From a virus (taxonomy: Duplodnaviria > Caudoviricetes): a DNA stretch of 44,025 bases. This document shows positions 10,324-19,211 of this stretch, piece after piece. Location of the stretch: positions 1 through 44,025 of IMG/VR virus record IMGVR_UViG_3300025168_014046; one strand, given 5' to 3'. A program made the translations under genes and the position numbers. Numbering within the stretch: the first letter of the stretch is position 1; each line of letters opens with the position of its first letter. Under the pieces are notes generated by a model, which did no database searches, was not told the origin of the DNA, and saw only the letters and a list, made by a program, of their open reading frames with translations.

Positions 10324-11274
10324 TCACCATATAAAGTTTTGTTTGTAATATTGGACTATACTGTCAATTTCATTATCAAACTTTCTTTTTGGCTCCCAAC
10401 CAAGAGATCTTAATTTATCATCATTGAGGGCATATCTGACATCTTGTCCTTCACGAGAGTAGGAGAAATCAACACAGTCTTCCCAATTATAATCACTATC
10501 ATGGTAACTGTCAATTACTTTCATCACAGTATCAATATTTTTTTGTTCGAACCCACCTGCAACATTGTAAATTTCGTTAACCTCACCAGAATCGATAATA
10601 GACATTACGGCCTCTGCTGTATCATCGGCGTGCAACCAATTACGAACTGGTGTGCCGGCATTGTGGAGACGGATCTTTTTATCTCTTTTCAGATTTTTTA
10701 CAGATAACGGAATAAGTTTTTCTGGATACTGTCCGATTCCATAGTTATTGGTGGGTCGAAGTATTACATACTCCAGTTCATAGGTTCTAGCCCAAGCCAG
10801 TACAAGCATGTCTGCTGCAGCTTTAGCCGCAGAGTATGGGTTACTTGGGTGTAATAAATCAGATTCAGTGTGTTCGCCATCAACGATGTCCCCATACACT
10901 TCATCAGTGCTAAAATGAAAGAAGATCGGGCGACGGTTGCAGTTAACCGGCTTGCTTTTAATTAAATCAAGAAGATTTTGAACTCCAACAACGTTGCTAT
11001 CAATAAACTCTTTGCTGCTGATTATACTGTTTCCAACATGTGATTCTGCAGCAGTATTGATGACGTAATCACAGTCATAGAGATGATCTAAGTCTTTGAT
11101 ATCTACATTTAAGTAATGAAAGTTATCATGACTATGAAACTCTTGCAACAGGGAAGTATTGGCAACATAAGTTTCTTTATCGATACCATAGACTTTCCAG
11201 CCGCGCTCAAGACACTTCCTTGTCACATAAGAGCCTATAAAACCCAAGCACCCTGTTACATATACTAGCTTCAC
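10324..11274 (-). CDS. rmlB: dTDP-glucose 4,6-dehydratase
   Basis: GCLGFIGS, AAESHV, STDEVYG, NPYSAAKA, NNYGIGQYPEKLIP, RNWLHADD. Confidence 0.92.
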   Translation of the reverse strand: MKLVYVTGCLGFIGSYVTRKCLERGWKVYGIDKETYVANTSLLQEFHSHDNFHYLNVDIKDLDHLYDCDYVINTAAESHVGNSIISSKEFIDSNVVGVQNLLDLIKSKPVNCNRRPIFFHFSTDEVYGDIVDGEHTESDLLHPSNPYSAAKAAADMLVLAWARTYELEYVILRPTNNYGIGQYPEKLIPLSVKNLKRDKKIRLHNAGTPVRNWLHADDTAEAVMSIIDSGEVNEIYNVAGGFEQKNIDTVMKVIDSYHDSDYNWEDCVDFSYSREGQDVRYALNDDKLRSLGWEPKRKFDNEIDSIVQYYKQNFIW

Positions 11275-12602
11275 TTCATATCCTTGAAGAAATCATCAAC
11301 CACTTTTTGGATGTAATCTAATTTCTCTTCCGTTAATCCAATAAAGGTTCCCATGAAAAAAGAGTTCAATGTGACATGAGATGCTATTGGAAACTCTTTT
11401 CTAAGGTCCCCATAGTCTTCTGCTAATTCTGTATATCCTGGGTGAGCTAAAATATTACCAGCGAAGTAAGAACGTGTTTGGACTCTGTTGTTCTCTAGAT
11501 GGGTAACTATCTGGTGGCGTTTAAATGGAGCGTCTTCTCTCACCGTCATCAAAAATGCAAACCAGCAAGGGTCAGCTTTCTCAGTTGCCTCTGGGAGGTG
11601 GAAGTATTGCTTGTAAGGTTCGAAAATGTCCTTCATTCGATTGAAGTTCTTACGTCGTGCTGCATCCAGTTCAGGAAGCTTCTTCAGTTGTTGAAGACCC
11701 ATGGCTGCTTGAAGATCAAGGGGTTTTAGATTGTAACCTATTTCGTCAAATACGTAGCGATGGTCGTAAATGGCGTTTGGCATGCCTGTGAGCCATTTGG
11801 CGTGTCTGTTACCACATGCAGTACCGCTAGTCACGTTTCCGGGCTTGGCTGTGTTACAGTAGCATGCACGGCCCCAATCACGGATGCTAGCAACAGCTTT
11901 ACGAAGTTTATTTGTATTCGTTGCCACAAAGCCACCTTCACCCATTGTCATATGGTGTGCGGGGAAGAAGGAACAAGTTGATATGTGTCCGAAGGAACCG
12001 AGTTTTCTGCCATCATAAAAAGAACCCAATGCGTCACACGCATCTTCAACAAAAATCAAGTCATATTTCTCGACCAATGCCATCAAACGGTCCATATCTG
12101 GTGGATTCCCCAGTACATGAGCGAACATGATACCACGGATTTCTGGGTCTCTCTCAAGCACTTTTTCAACTTCGTCCAAATCTAAATTAAGATCTGGTAG
12201 CGTTACATCAACAAATACTGGTTCAAACCCATTTTGGATAATTGGGTTGACAGTCGTGGGAAAACAGACAACTGGTGTAATGATTTTAGAGCCAGCGGGC
12301 AAATTAAAGCCACTCTTTGCTTTCAAAGCAGAAACCGCCAAAAGATTAGCGGAGCTTCCTGAGTTGGTTAGAGAACCATGCCTCATACCCAGATGCTCTG
12401 GGAATTGCTTTTCAAAGTTTCGTGCGTTCTCACCAAAGATTAGCCAGCCACCAAGTAGTACCTCGATAGCAGCTTTATATTCCTCATCGTTAAAATGAGG
12501 CCCAGAATAGGCAACCCAGTCATTTTCGCTGTCCCAATCTGTATTTTTATCATTAATGTACTCAGATACAAGTTCTAAGATTTGTTCCAATTTTTCAGAC
12601 AT
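11271..12602 (-). CDS. rfbH: NDP-4-keto-6-deoxyglucose 3-dehydratase (RfbH/DdhC, E1-type)
   Basis: NSGSSANLLA, EDACDALG, SFFPAHHMTMGEGG (His replacing the PLP Lys), WGRACYC...ACG Fe-S cysteines, GYNLKPLDLQAAMGL. Confidence 0.92.
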   Translation of the reverse strand: MSEKLEQILELVSEYINDKNTDWDSENDWVAYSGPHFNDEEYKAAIEVLLGGWLIFGENARNFEKQFPEHLGMRHGSLTNSGSSANLLAVSALKAKSGFNLPAGSKIITPVVCFPTTVNPIIQNGFEPVFVDVTLPDLNLDLDEVEKVLERDPEIRGIMFAHVLGNPPDMDRLMALVEKYDLIFVEDACDALGSFYDGRKLGSFGHISTCSFFPAHHMTMGEGGFVATNTNKLRKAVASIRDWGRACYCNTAKPGNVTSGTACGNRHAKWLTGMPNAIYDHRYVFDEIGYNLKPLDLQAAMGLQQLKKLPELDAARRKNFNRMKDIFEPYKQYFHLPEATEKADPCWFAFLMTVREDAPFKRHQIVTHLENNRVQTRSYFAGNILAHPGYTELAEDYGDLRKEFPIASHVTLNSFFMGTFIGLTEEKLDYIQKVVDDFFKDMK

Positions 12603-13423
12603 GTCTGTAATCCTTTTTCTAATCCTTCTAATTTGATATTTAAATTATTAAGCTTGCTGTTGCTTCCGCTGTAGGAAGTTGCAAGACCTGTAGTTTCAAT
12701 TATAACACCAGTTGGAGCTTTTGTCAAAGTTTTAAGCATACTCACTAAATCACTAATGTTGTGTTTATCGCTGTAGCATAAATTTAAATCTTTTGGTAAC
12801 GCAGCGTTATAGTTTGTTATGTAGTACTCTATCACTCTTCCAACATCTTGTGAATAAAAGAAATCCATTTCTCTATCTTGAAAGATAACAGGGCATTCAT
12901 TATCTAGTATTTTGTTGTAAGTTGCTTTGAATAACCTCTGGTCTTCCTCAAGAGGTCCAAAACAACCAAAAAGTCTAAAGTTAAATATGTTTGAGTTTAA
13001 ATCAATAATTTTTCTTGTAATTAGATTTTTTGCAAGACCATAGAGATCTTGAGGAAAAACTACATTGACGTTTTCTTCTGCAAATCGGAAGATATTGTAT
13101 CTTCGGTCAAACTCTGCACCTGAACCAAAATTAAACATCATCTTGTACTTGTCAGAATGTGCCGACAAGTTGTTAAACATAGATAAGTTCTCGTACAAGT
13201 CACCAATACTTTCTTTGTGTGTACGTTTACCGCCGCGGACAGCAGTGTGAATTACTATGTCTACTTCTATATCATTAAAAAAATCGTCTACATTATCACG
13301 ATTAGATGGGTCTAGTGTTCTTCTGTCAGTTGCAATTATATTGCACTTGAGTTCAGATTCAGAAAAATAGCTGATTAGTTCTTTTGCCAGAAAACCATTG
13401 GCGCCGGTTACAAGTATATTCAT
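12575..13423 (-). CDS. NAD-dependent epimerase/dehydratase (extended SDR)
   Basis: VTGANGFLA, FGSGAEFD, YGLAK, RLFGCFG. Confidence 0.88.
   Translation of the reverse strand: MNILVTGANGFLAKELISYFSESELKCNIIATDRRTLDPSNRDNVDDFFNDIEVDIVIHTAVRGGKRTHKESIGDLYENLSMFNNLSAHSDKYKMMFNFGSGAEFDRRYNIFRFAEENVNVVFPQDLYGLAKNLITRKIIDLNSNIFNFRLFGCFGPLEEDQRLFKATYNKILDNECPVIFQDREMDFFYSQDVGRVIEYYITNYNAALPKDLNLCYSDKHNISDLVSMLKTLTKAPTGVIIETTGLATSYSGSNSKLNNLNIKLEGLEKGLQTCLKNWNKS
12699..12727 (-). promoter_or_regulatory. Sigma70-type promoter inside the epimerase gene, upstream of rfbH
   Basis: Minus strand TTGACA-N17-TATAAT with extended -10 TG; perfect consensus. Confidence 0.8.
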
Positions 13424-14325
13424 ATCGACATAATACTTTCTAATACTTTTGAAAGCCTAATTTCAGAATCATGTTCTTTCAAGAATCGTTTGTGGCCTGC
13501 GGCTGCAACTTTTTTAACCAGCGCTGGGTGTTTACTTAGGAAATCCATTTTCTCTTTAAATTCTACATGAGTTTTAAAGGTGAATATTTCTTTATTAATT
13601 TCAAAATATTCCTCAATCCCTTCGTGGTATTCAGTCATGAGAAGACCTTGGCCGGCCGGTATTTCAAAGATTCTTTGTTTCATTTGAGTCTTCTTTTGAG
13701 GATCATTATTGTTTATGGATAAGTTAACACTGACCTTACTTTTGGAAAAAGTTTCAAATAACTGTTCCTGGTTTATACCAAAGAAGAATTCAACATCAAC
13801 AGATGCTCTTTCAAAGAAATCTTTGCGAGTTTTGTTTGGTGCGCCGATAAAAGACATGTCGATTTCTTTGTCTTCAAAGCTTATCTTTGGATAGTGTGTT
13901 GAATTGGCATGCCAGTTAGCAACTAAAATATTTTGATATCCTATATCTTTGTATTTTTGTACGTATGAGCGCTCTGGTGTAGAGCATGCCAGAAATGCGT
14001 TACATGCAATTTTTGAAAAATTGTCAAAGCGCCATGTGTCGTCACAGAACCAATTAAAAGTTCTGGTACGGCCTGAAGAAGTTTCATCGGCGATCGACTG
14101 CCATGGCTCGTGAGGCGTGATGCTGGTATTTCCAGTCATGATCGAGAATATCAAATCTGGCTTGAAGTTCTCAATTATTTGTGTAAAAGTATTATCAGGA
14201 TCTCCAGCAACTGTGTCATAAAAATATACCTCGTGGCCTAGCTTGATAAGTGGTTCCCGAAAATACCACCAGATGCTGTCGGGTGCACCTCTGTAGGTTT
14301 TATTTGCTGTTAGTAAAATCTTCAT
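13420..14325 (-). CDS. CgeB-family (GT-B) glycosyltransferase
   Basis: FKPDLIF, NWFCDD, SFIG, VNLS...MKQRIFEIPAGQGLLMTE...EH. Confidence 0.82.
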   Translation of the reverse strand: MKILLTANKTYRGAPDSIWWYFREPLIKLGHEVYFYDTVAGDPDNTFTQIIENFKPDLIFSIMTGNTSITPHEPWQSIADETSSGRTRTFNWFCDDTWRFDNFSKIACNAFLACSTPERSYVQKYKDIGYQNILVANWHANSTHYPKISFEDKEIDMSFIGAPNKTRKDFFERASVDVEFFFGINQEQLFETFSKSKVSVNLSINNNDPQKKTQMKQRIFEIPAGQGLLMTEYHEGIEEYFEINKEIFTFKTHVEFKEKMDFLSKHPALVKKVAAAGHKRFLKEHDSEIRLSKVLESIMSI

Positions 14326-14798
14326 CGTTTTAGATTCATATATACCGGTGTTTTATGATCCGTGATAAATTTAAAATCTTGATTCATATTGTCAAGGCTA
14401 TCAGGATGTAATGTTTTTATATTTTTAAAATTACTCATAATACCTTTGTCTTCTTCAGCCCAGTGAGAAAACCCGAGATAACCGTAATCCCTGTCACGGC
14501 CGCCGCCAATTAACTTTACAGGCAACTTTTCGTGATCTACATAATTTCTTATAAACTCAAAAGGACGGTACAACAGAAAAGATGTAATTGAATACACCAC
14601 TGGTATCTTACCATCCATAGCAAGACCACTAGCCATACCCATCATAAGCTGTTCGGAAGAACCAACATTATAGAATCGTTCTTGGTAATCAATACGAATC
14701 CGATCCCAAAGACCATAACCCAAGTCACCAGTTAAAAGATAAATATCTTTATTTTGTCCCATTTCAGTATGCAGTCTTTCTGCGAAATCACGTCTCAT
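14322..14798 (-). CDS. Transketolase-like pyrimidine-binding subunit
   Basis: LLTGDLG, RFYNVGSSEQLMMGMASGLA, FLLYRPFEFIR, GFSHWAEED. Confidence 0.88.
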   Translation of the reverse strand: MRRDFAERLHTEMGQNKDIYLLTGDLGYGLWDRIRIDYQERFYNVGSSEQLMMGMASGLAMDGKIPVVYSITSFLLYRPFEFIRNYVDHEKLPVKLIGGGRDRDYGYLGFSHWAEEDKGIMSNFKNIKTLHPDSLDNMNQDFKFITDHKTPVYMNLKR

Positions 14799-15426
14799 TT
14801 TTAAGTATCCTTTTTGCTAATCTATAGTCTTCTTCGGCCATAACATGGTAGTGTGCGTTCAATCCCTTTAAGAAGGGGAAGGTACCTACATCAGTGTAGA
14901 TTATGTTTATATCAGGAAGGAACACTTTGAGGCGATCTACTAGGTATCGTGTATCTACTGAGTCATAAGCACAGTATCCATTTACATTTACATAAATTTT
15001 AATGTTTTTAAGATTGTTTTCGTAAATGAATTTTAATGATTCCCAAATACTTCCCTCAGCACATTCTCCATCACTTATTAGGCAATGTACGGTTCTCTCT
15101 GGGTTAGCTACAGCTCTTCCTACGGCAGCGGTGATACCCATCCCTAAACTGCCTGTAGAGCAGTGTAGGTCGTCTTCTTCACATCGATGTGGGTGTCCGC
15201 CGTGCTTGAGGAACAAACGCTCTGCATTGTGTCCTAGATACTTTTCTAATACAACATATAGTGCAACAGCACAATGTCCCGATGATAGAATAAAAATGTC
15301 CTCTTCTTCTTTCGTCGAGAATATATCTTCTATGATGCCAACACTGGAAAAGTAACTTCCCAAGTGTGAAAGCTTGTTGGCATATGCTATATCGAGGATC
15401 CTTTCAATTAAATCTTGTCTTTCCAC
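14788..15426 (-). CDS. Transketolase-like ThDP-binding subunit
   Basis: SHLGS, FILSSGH, STGSLGMG, ISDGECAEGSIWE...VNVN ThDP motif. Confidence 0.9.
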   Translation of the reverse strand: MERQDLIERILDIAYANKLSHLGSYFSSVGIIEDIFSTKEEEDIFILSSGHCAVALYVVLEKYLGHNAERLFLKHGGHPHRCEEDDLHCSTGSLGMGITAAVGRAVANPERTVHCLISDGECAEGSIWESLKFIYENNLKNIKIYVNVNGYCAYDSVDTRYLVDRLKVFLPDINIIYTDVGTFPFLKGLNAHYHVMAEEDYRLAKRILKNET

Positions 15427-16154
15427 TTATCTCTCCAAAAATCTTGTATCATCTTATCATAATTGATACCTTGCTTGTGTACCTTCCAGGTTGCTTGCTC
15501 TTCATGCCAACGATAACAGAACCCGAGCCACATAGGTGCTGGGTAAATGAATACTTCATTTTCTGCCAGACTGCAGTATAAGTCATAGTCTGCAGCACCG
15601 CCGTACGTTTCCGGACTGGTTTTTAGAAGACCTTCTTTATATAACGAAGCTTTGTAGACCACAGAGGGTGAATTTACCACACATCTTCGAAGAGACTCTC
15701 TCATAAATTGTTTTCTTGATTTATAATTGTAAGTTATCAACCCAGTCTTAATCTTATGTTCTCCGTTCATTTTAAAACCAACTGCGGGGCTTTGTAAAGC
15801 TTTAATTCTATCAGGGGCTCGGAGCATAATATTCATGCAGTTGGTGATATAATCTGGTTCCATCATGTCGTCAGAACCAATGACGGTCATGTATTCGCCT
15901 GACATCAGGCGATATCCCTCAGAACGTGCCTCATCCCAACAATTGGGGTAGATGTTTTCAGCGGATGACAAAATTAGTGCTGGGTACTCTTTCTGAATAT
16001 TCTTCAGAATTTCCACTGTAGAGTCGGAACTCTCGTTGTCAACAGCAATAACTTCAATATTTTCATAGTTTTGTGTGAGTGCGGATACAACACATTCTTC
16101 AACCCACTTCTCTGAGTTGTAACAAGGAACTATGATTGATACTTTTGGTTTCAT
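15408..16154 (-). CDS. GT2 glycosyltransferase
   Basis: VSIIVPCYNSE, VDNESSD, GSDD (DxD-like), ADYDL. Confidence 0.92.
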   Translation of the reverse strand: MKPKVSIIVPCYNSEKWVEECVVSALTQNYENIEVIAVDNESSDSTVEILKNIQKEYPALILSSAENIYPNCWDEARSEGYRLMSGEYMTVIGSDDMMEPDYITNCMNIMLRAPDRIKALQSPAVGFKMNGEHKIKTGLITYNYKSRKQFMRESLRRCVVNSPSVVYKASLYKEGLLKTSPETYGGAADYDLYCSLAENEVFIYPAPMWLGFCYRWHEEQATWKVHKQGINYDKMIQDFWRDKWKDKI

Positions 16155-17116
16155 AAGTTTAGAAGTTCCTCCACCCTGTTTGTATAACAGTGATTATCTA
16201 AAATGTTTTGTTTGTTCTTTTCTTTTATATCATTTAATTCTGTTTCTGTCAATGATAATACATTTTTAGTCAACTCAACCAGTTGCTGCGAATCTAGAGA
16301 GGTCTTAATATCTGGAAACAAGTTATTAAGCTGTCCTACGGTATCGGAAACCATCATACCGTTCAAGCCAAGAGATTTATAAGTTCGTTCGTTGGTATCA
16401 AGACCCAAAACACGTTGGTATGCATCATGGATATTCAAAGTCATTCTACTGTTGGCTAACAGATCACACTCTTGTTGTCTTGTCAGATTTTTATTAATAA
16501 AAAAACCACACGTTAAGCCTGATTCTTTAAACTTAGAAAAGATATCAATAATGATTTTCCTCTTTTCATTGAAACCATTGTTAGCCCAGCCTCCAACAAA
16601 TGAGATATCAAATTTCTTATATTTGTCTTCTACTTTTGGTTGATAATTAACAGAATCAAATGCTAAAGGCACAGTGTGTATTTCTTTAGTCCACTGAGTA
16701 TAATATTCTGGTACCACGTCGGCGAAAGTCCAAAGACGAACATTATCCATTTGGTCTAATTCTTTGATATAATCTTTGTCTGCGGTGCAATAAAAGTTTG
16801 CATGGCGACCCCAAGGATCTGGATAAACATTAGGTTGTACGAACAGAAATGTTTTCTTTGACCGTGAAATAGCTTTGATATAATCTGGGTAGGCTGCAAG
16901 GTCCACTGTAGTCATTAACATATAATCTTCGGACATAGATTCTTCATCTATTGGGTATGGTGATTCATACGCGGTTTCACCAGTACCTTGAAATTCATTC
17001 CAGCCTTCACTTATCCGTTCGTGTAAATCATACCCTTTTTCCTTCCACGCAGAACAATAACCATCGTAAATCCAGCGGCCGGCGTGTTGGGTGTATTTAA
17101 CACAGTATACTTTCAT
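16151..17116 (-). CDS. CgeB-like GT-B glycosyltransferase
   Basis: FDISFVG, LNIHD...TNERTY, ILDNHCYTNRV. Confidence 0.78.
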   Translation of the reverse strand: MKVYCVKYTQHAGRWIYDGYCSAWKEKGYDLHERISEGWNEFQGTGETAYESPYPIDEESMSEDYMLMTTVDLAAYPDYIKAISRSKKTFLFVQPNVYPDPWGRHANFYCTADKDYIKELDQMDNVRLWTFADVVPEYYTQWTKEIHTVPLAFDSVNYQPKVEDKYKKFDISFVGGWANNGFNEKRKIIIDIFSKFKESGLTCGFFINKNLTRQQECDLLANSRMTLNIHDAYQRVLGLDTNERTYKSLGLNGMMVSDTVGQLNNLFPDIKTSLDSQQLVELTKNVLSLTETELNDIKEKNKQNILDNHCYTNRVEELLNL

Positions 17117-17949
17117 TTTAATTTCTCCAATACTATATTTGGTATTTCTATTCGTTTGTTTTCAATAACATCTATCAATTTATGCCCTTTAAGGGCGAAC
17201 CACGGCTCGCTAGCGGCTCCTATCATCTTATTGGTAATAACCCCCATATTCATCATCCGAGCCTCTATAACCACCCTTGAGAGCGTTTCAGGGGTCTCTG
17301 GTAAAAACACCAGTGACTTGTTCGTACTCATGAGTGATAAAAACTCTTTGTAGGTGGAACTTACAATCAAATTATAATTGTATTTCTTCACTTTGCAGAA
17401 CCTGATAGCTCCTCCAGTATTCTTATGTTTGATTGTGGAGTCCATTATGGCATATGTATCACTTTTATCTACGTTTGCCTTTTCTCTCATAAAGTTTAGA
17501 GAGTCCATGTCCCATATATTACCGCCCAGATTTACAAGGTTATCAAGGTTGGTATTTAGATATGCTATGTCAAGATGAAATTTGGATTGACAAAGAACAG
17601 CTTTTGCTTTCTGATAAAATTCTAAATTGGTGATATGTTCTGGTGGGGCTTTGAAATCAGGAAAAACACCCGGATTGCGGGTGCTTAAATACTTGTGATC
17701 GTGCTCGTAGATAATATACTCTAAATCATAGAATTCAGGTATAACATCTTTTTTCAATGCCGCGAAATTAGCAATAATAAATTTCTTATTCTTATTTTGC
17801 TGAATATATTCTGTAGTAACCGAGGCGCTATTGATTTTTTGGACTTGATGTCCTTCCGAGATTAATATTTCTATAAGTTCTTCATTATTTAATTCTCCGC
17901 CACCCAACACTTGGTTGGCAAAGAAATCAGCTACAAATATTATATCCAT
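17113..17949 (-). CDS. Putative GT-B glycosyltransferase
   Basis: GGGELN N-terminus; ETLSRVVIEARMM E-x7-E motif. Confidence 0.72.
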   Translation of the reverse strand: MDIIFVADFFANQVLGGGELNNEELIEILISEGHQVQKINSASVTTEYIQQNKNKKFIIANFAALKKDVIPEFYDLEYIIYEHDHKYLSTRNPGVFPDFKAPPEHITNLEFYQKAKAVLCQSKFHLDIAYLNTNLDNLVNLGGNIWDMDSLNFMREKANVDKSDTYAIMDSTIKHKNTGGAIRFCKVKKYNYNLIVSSTYKEFLSLMSTNKSLVFLPETPETLSRVVIEARMMNMGVITNKMIGAASEPWFALKGHKLIDVIENKRIEIPNIVLEKLK

Positions 17950-17960
17950 TGATATTACTT

Positions 17961-19211
17961 CTATTCTACTTCTTCGATGTCTAAGTCATCGAGCCAGGAT
18001 TCAACATCGAATTCTTCTTCGACGCCCATGGCTTTCACAAAAGCAGCAAGCATTTTTCCCTCTTCAAATCGTTCCTTCAGTTTGTCTGCATAGCCCGCAA
18101 ACGGTTCGGTGCCGTTAGAGATATCTTCGTAGCATGTTCTCATTTGTTGACGAGCTGAAACTTCTCGTGGATACGCCCACATAGAATCTTTGACGATAAC
18201 ACCATCCCAAACCGTTTGTTCTGGAACTGGCTGCAAGTCGTAAGACACATCATAGAAATTTCTATCACCATCTTCACCACACAAGAAGTCTAACTGACCC
18301 GACCAACCGGTTGCGATCACTGGTACGTCCATGTATGCTGCTTCGAATAGAGGCAAACCAAATCCTTCACCGTGGGTTAAGGAAAGTGCGGCACGGATTT
18401 TTGAATGGAGGTACATTTGATGCATTTCTTCATCAGTCATATCTCCATGAATCATATAAACTTTGCACTTCCTATCTTCAGCGTCAGGGATGGAGGCCAA
18501 CAATGAGAGCAATTGTCCGTGTACGATTTCTCTATCAATTTGAGAATTTTTTGACACGTTTGTTTTGACTACCAAACCCACTTCTTCATCTTTAAATTCA
18601 TCTACAAACCACTTAATGGTATTATGCAGATTTTTACGGGGGCCCATTTGTGCGACAGTTACAAAGTTAAAGTCGTAATCTAGTTCTAAATTAAGCGCTT
18701 CCATGTTTTCATATGTTTTAACTGGGTAGTTTACGCTATCAATGTCGGTAGTCAACTGCAAAGTAAATCTTTCGTCTGTGTTGTCGTATGTTGCCTCATA
18801 CGAACTTCTTTTGTAGATTTCTTTTGAATGTTCTGAGACAACAATAATTTTATCCATATTGTTCCCTTTTTGAATCCATTCATGTGCCACACGGGTGGTT
18901 TCAATTCCAGCGGTATAACCAATGTTCTTGGCTGCTAAGAATTCCCATTCATTTGGAATCGTGACTTGAAGTGACAAATCAAATTGGCCGCCGCCTTGGA
19001 CGTAAGCAATCGTTTTTTCAATCTTTTCATCAATCCACAATCTTTCTTCAGACTCTTCATTAATCCATGATGTTTGACCCCATTGTAATGGTTGGATATA
19101 AATATCAAACAGATCTTCTCGGCTTCTCAGAGCCCGAAGAGCAAATCGAGACTGCTCTCCGTAACCTGAACGAGTTAATACTGGTGCTCTCAATAAAATA
19201 GATTTACGCAT
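17961..19211 (-). CDS. GT4 glycosyltransferase
   Basis: SGYG, RKN, HGEGFGLPLFEAA, ATGWSGQLDF; likely start MRKS at 19211 overlapping the upstream stop. Confidence 0.9.
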   Translation of the reverse strand: MRKSILLRAPVLTRSGYGEQSRFALRALRSREDLFDIYIQPLQWGQTSWINEESEERLWIDEKIEKTIAYVQGGGQFDLSLQVTIPNEWEFLAAKNIGYTAGIETTRVAHEWIQKGNNMDKIIVVSEHSKEIYKRSSYEATYDNTDERFTLQLTTDIDSVNYPVKTYENMEALNLELDYDFNFVTVAQMGPRKNLHNTIKWFVDEFKDEEVGLVVKTNVSKNSQIDREIVHGQLLSLLASIPDAEDRKCKVYMIHGDMTDEEMHQMYLHSKIRAALSLTHGEGFGLPLFEAAYMDVPVIATGWSGQLDFLCGEDGDRNFYDVSYDLQPVPEQTVWDGVIVKDSMWAYPREVSARQQMRTCYEDISNGTEPFAGYADKLKERFEEGKMLAAFVKAMGVEEEFDVESWLDDLDIEEVE

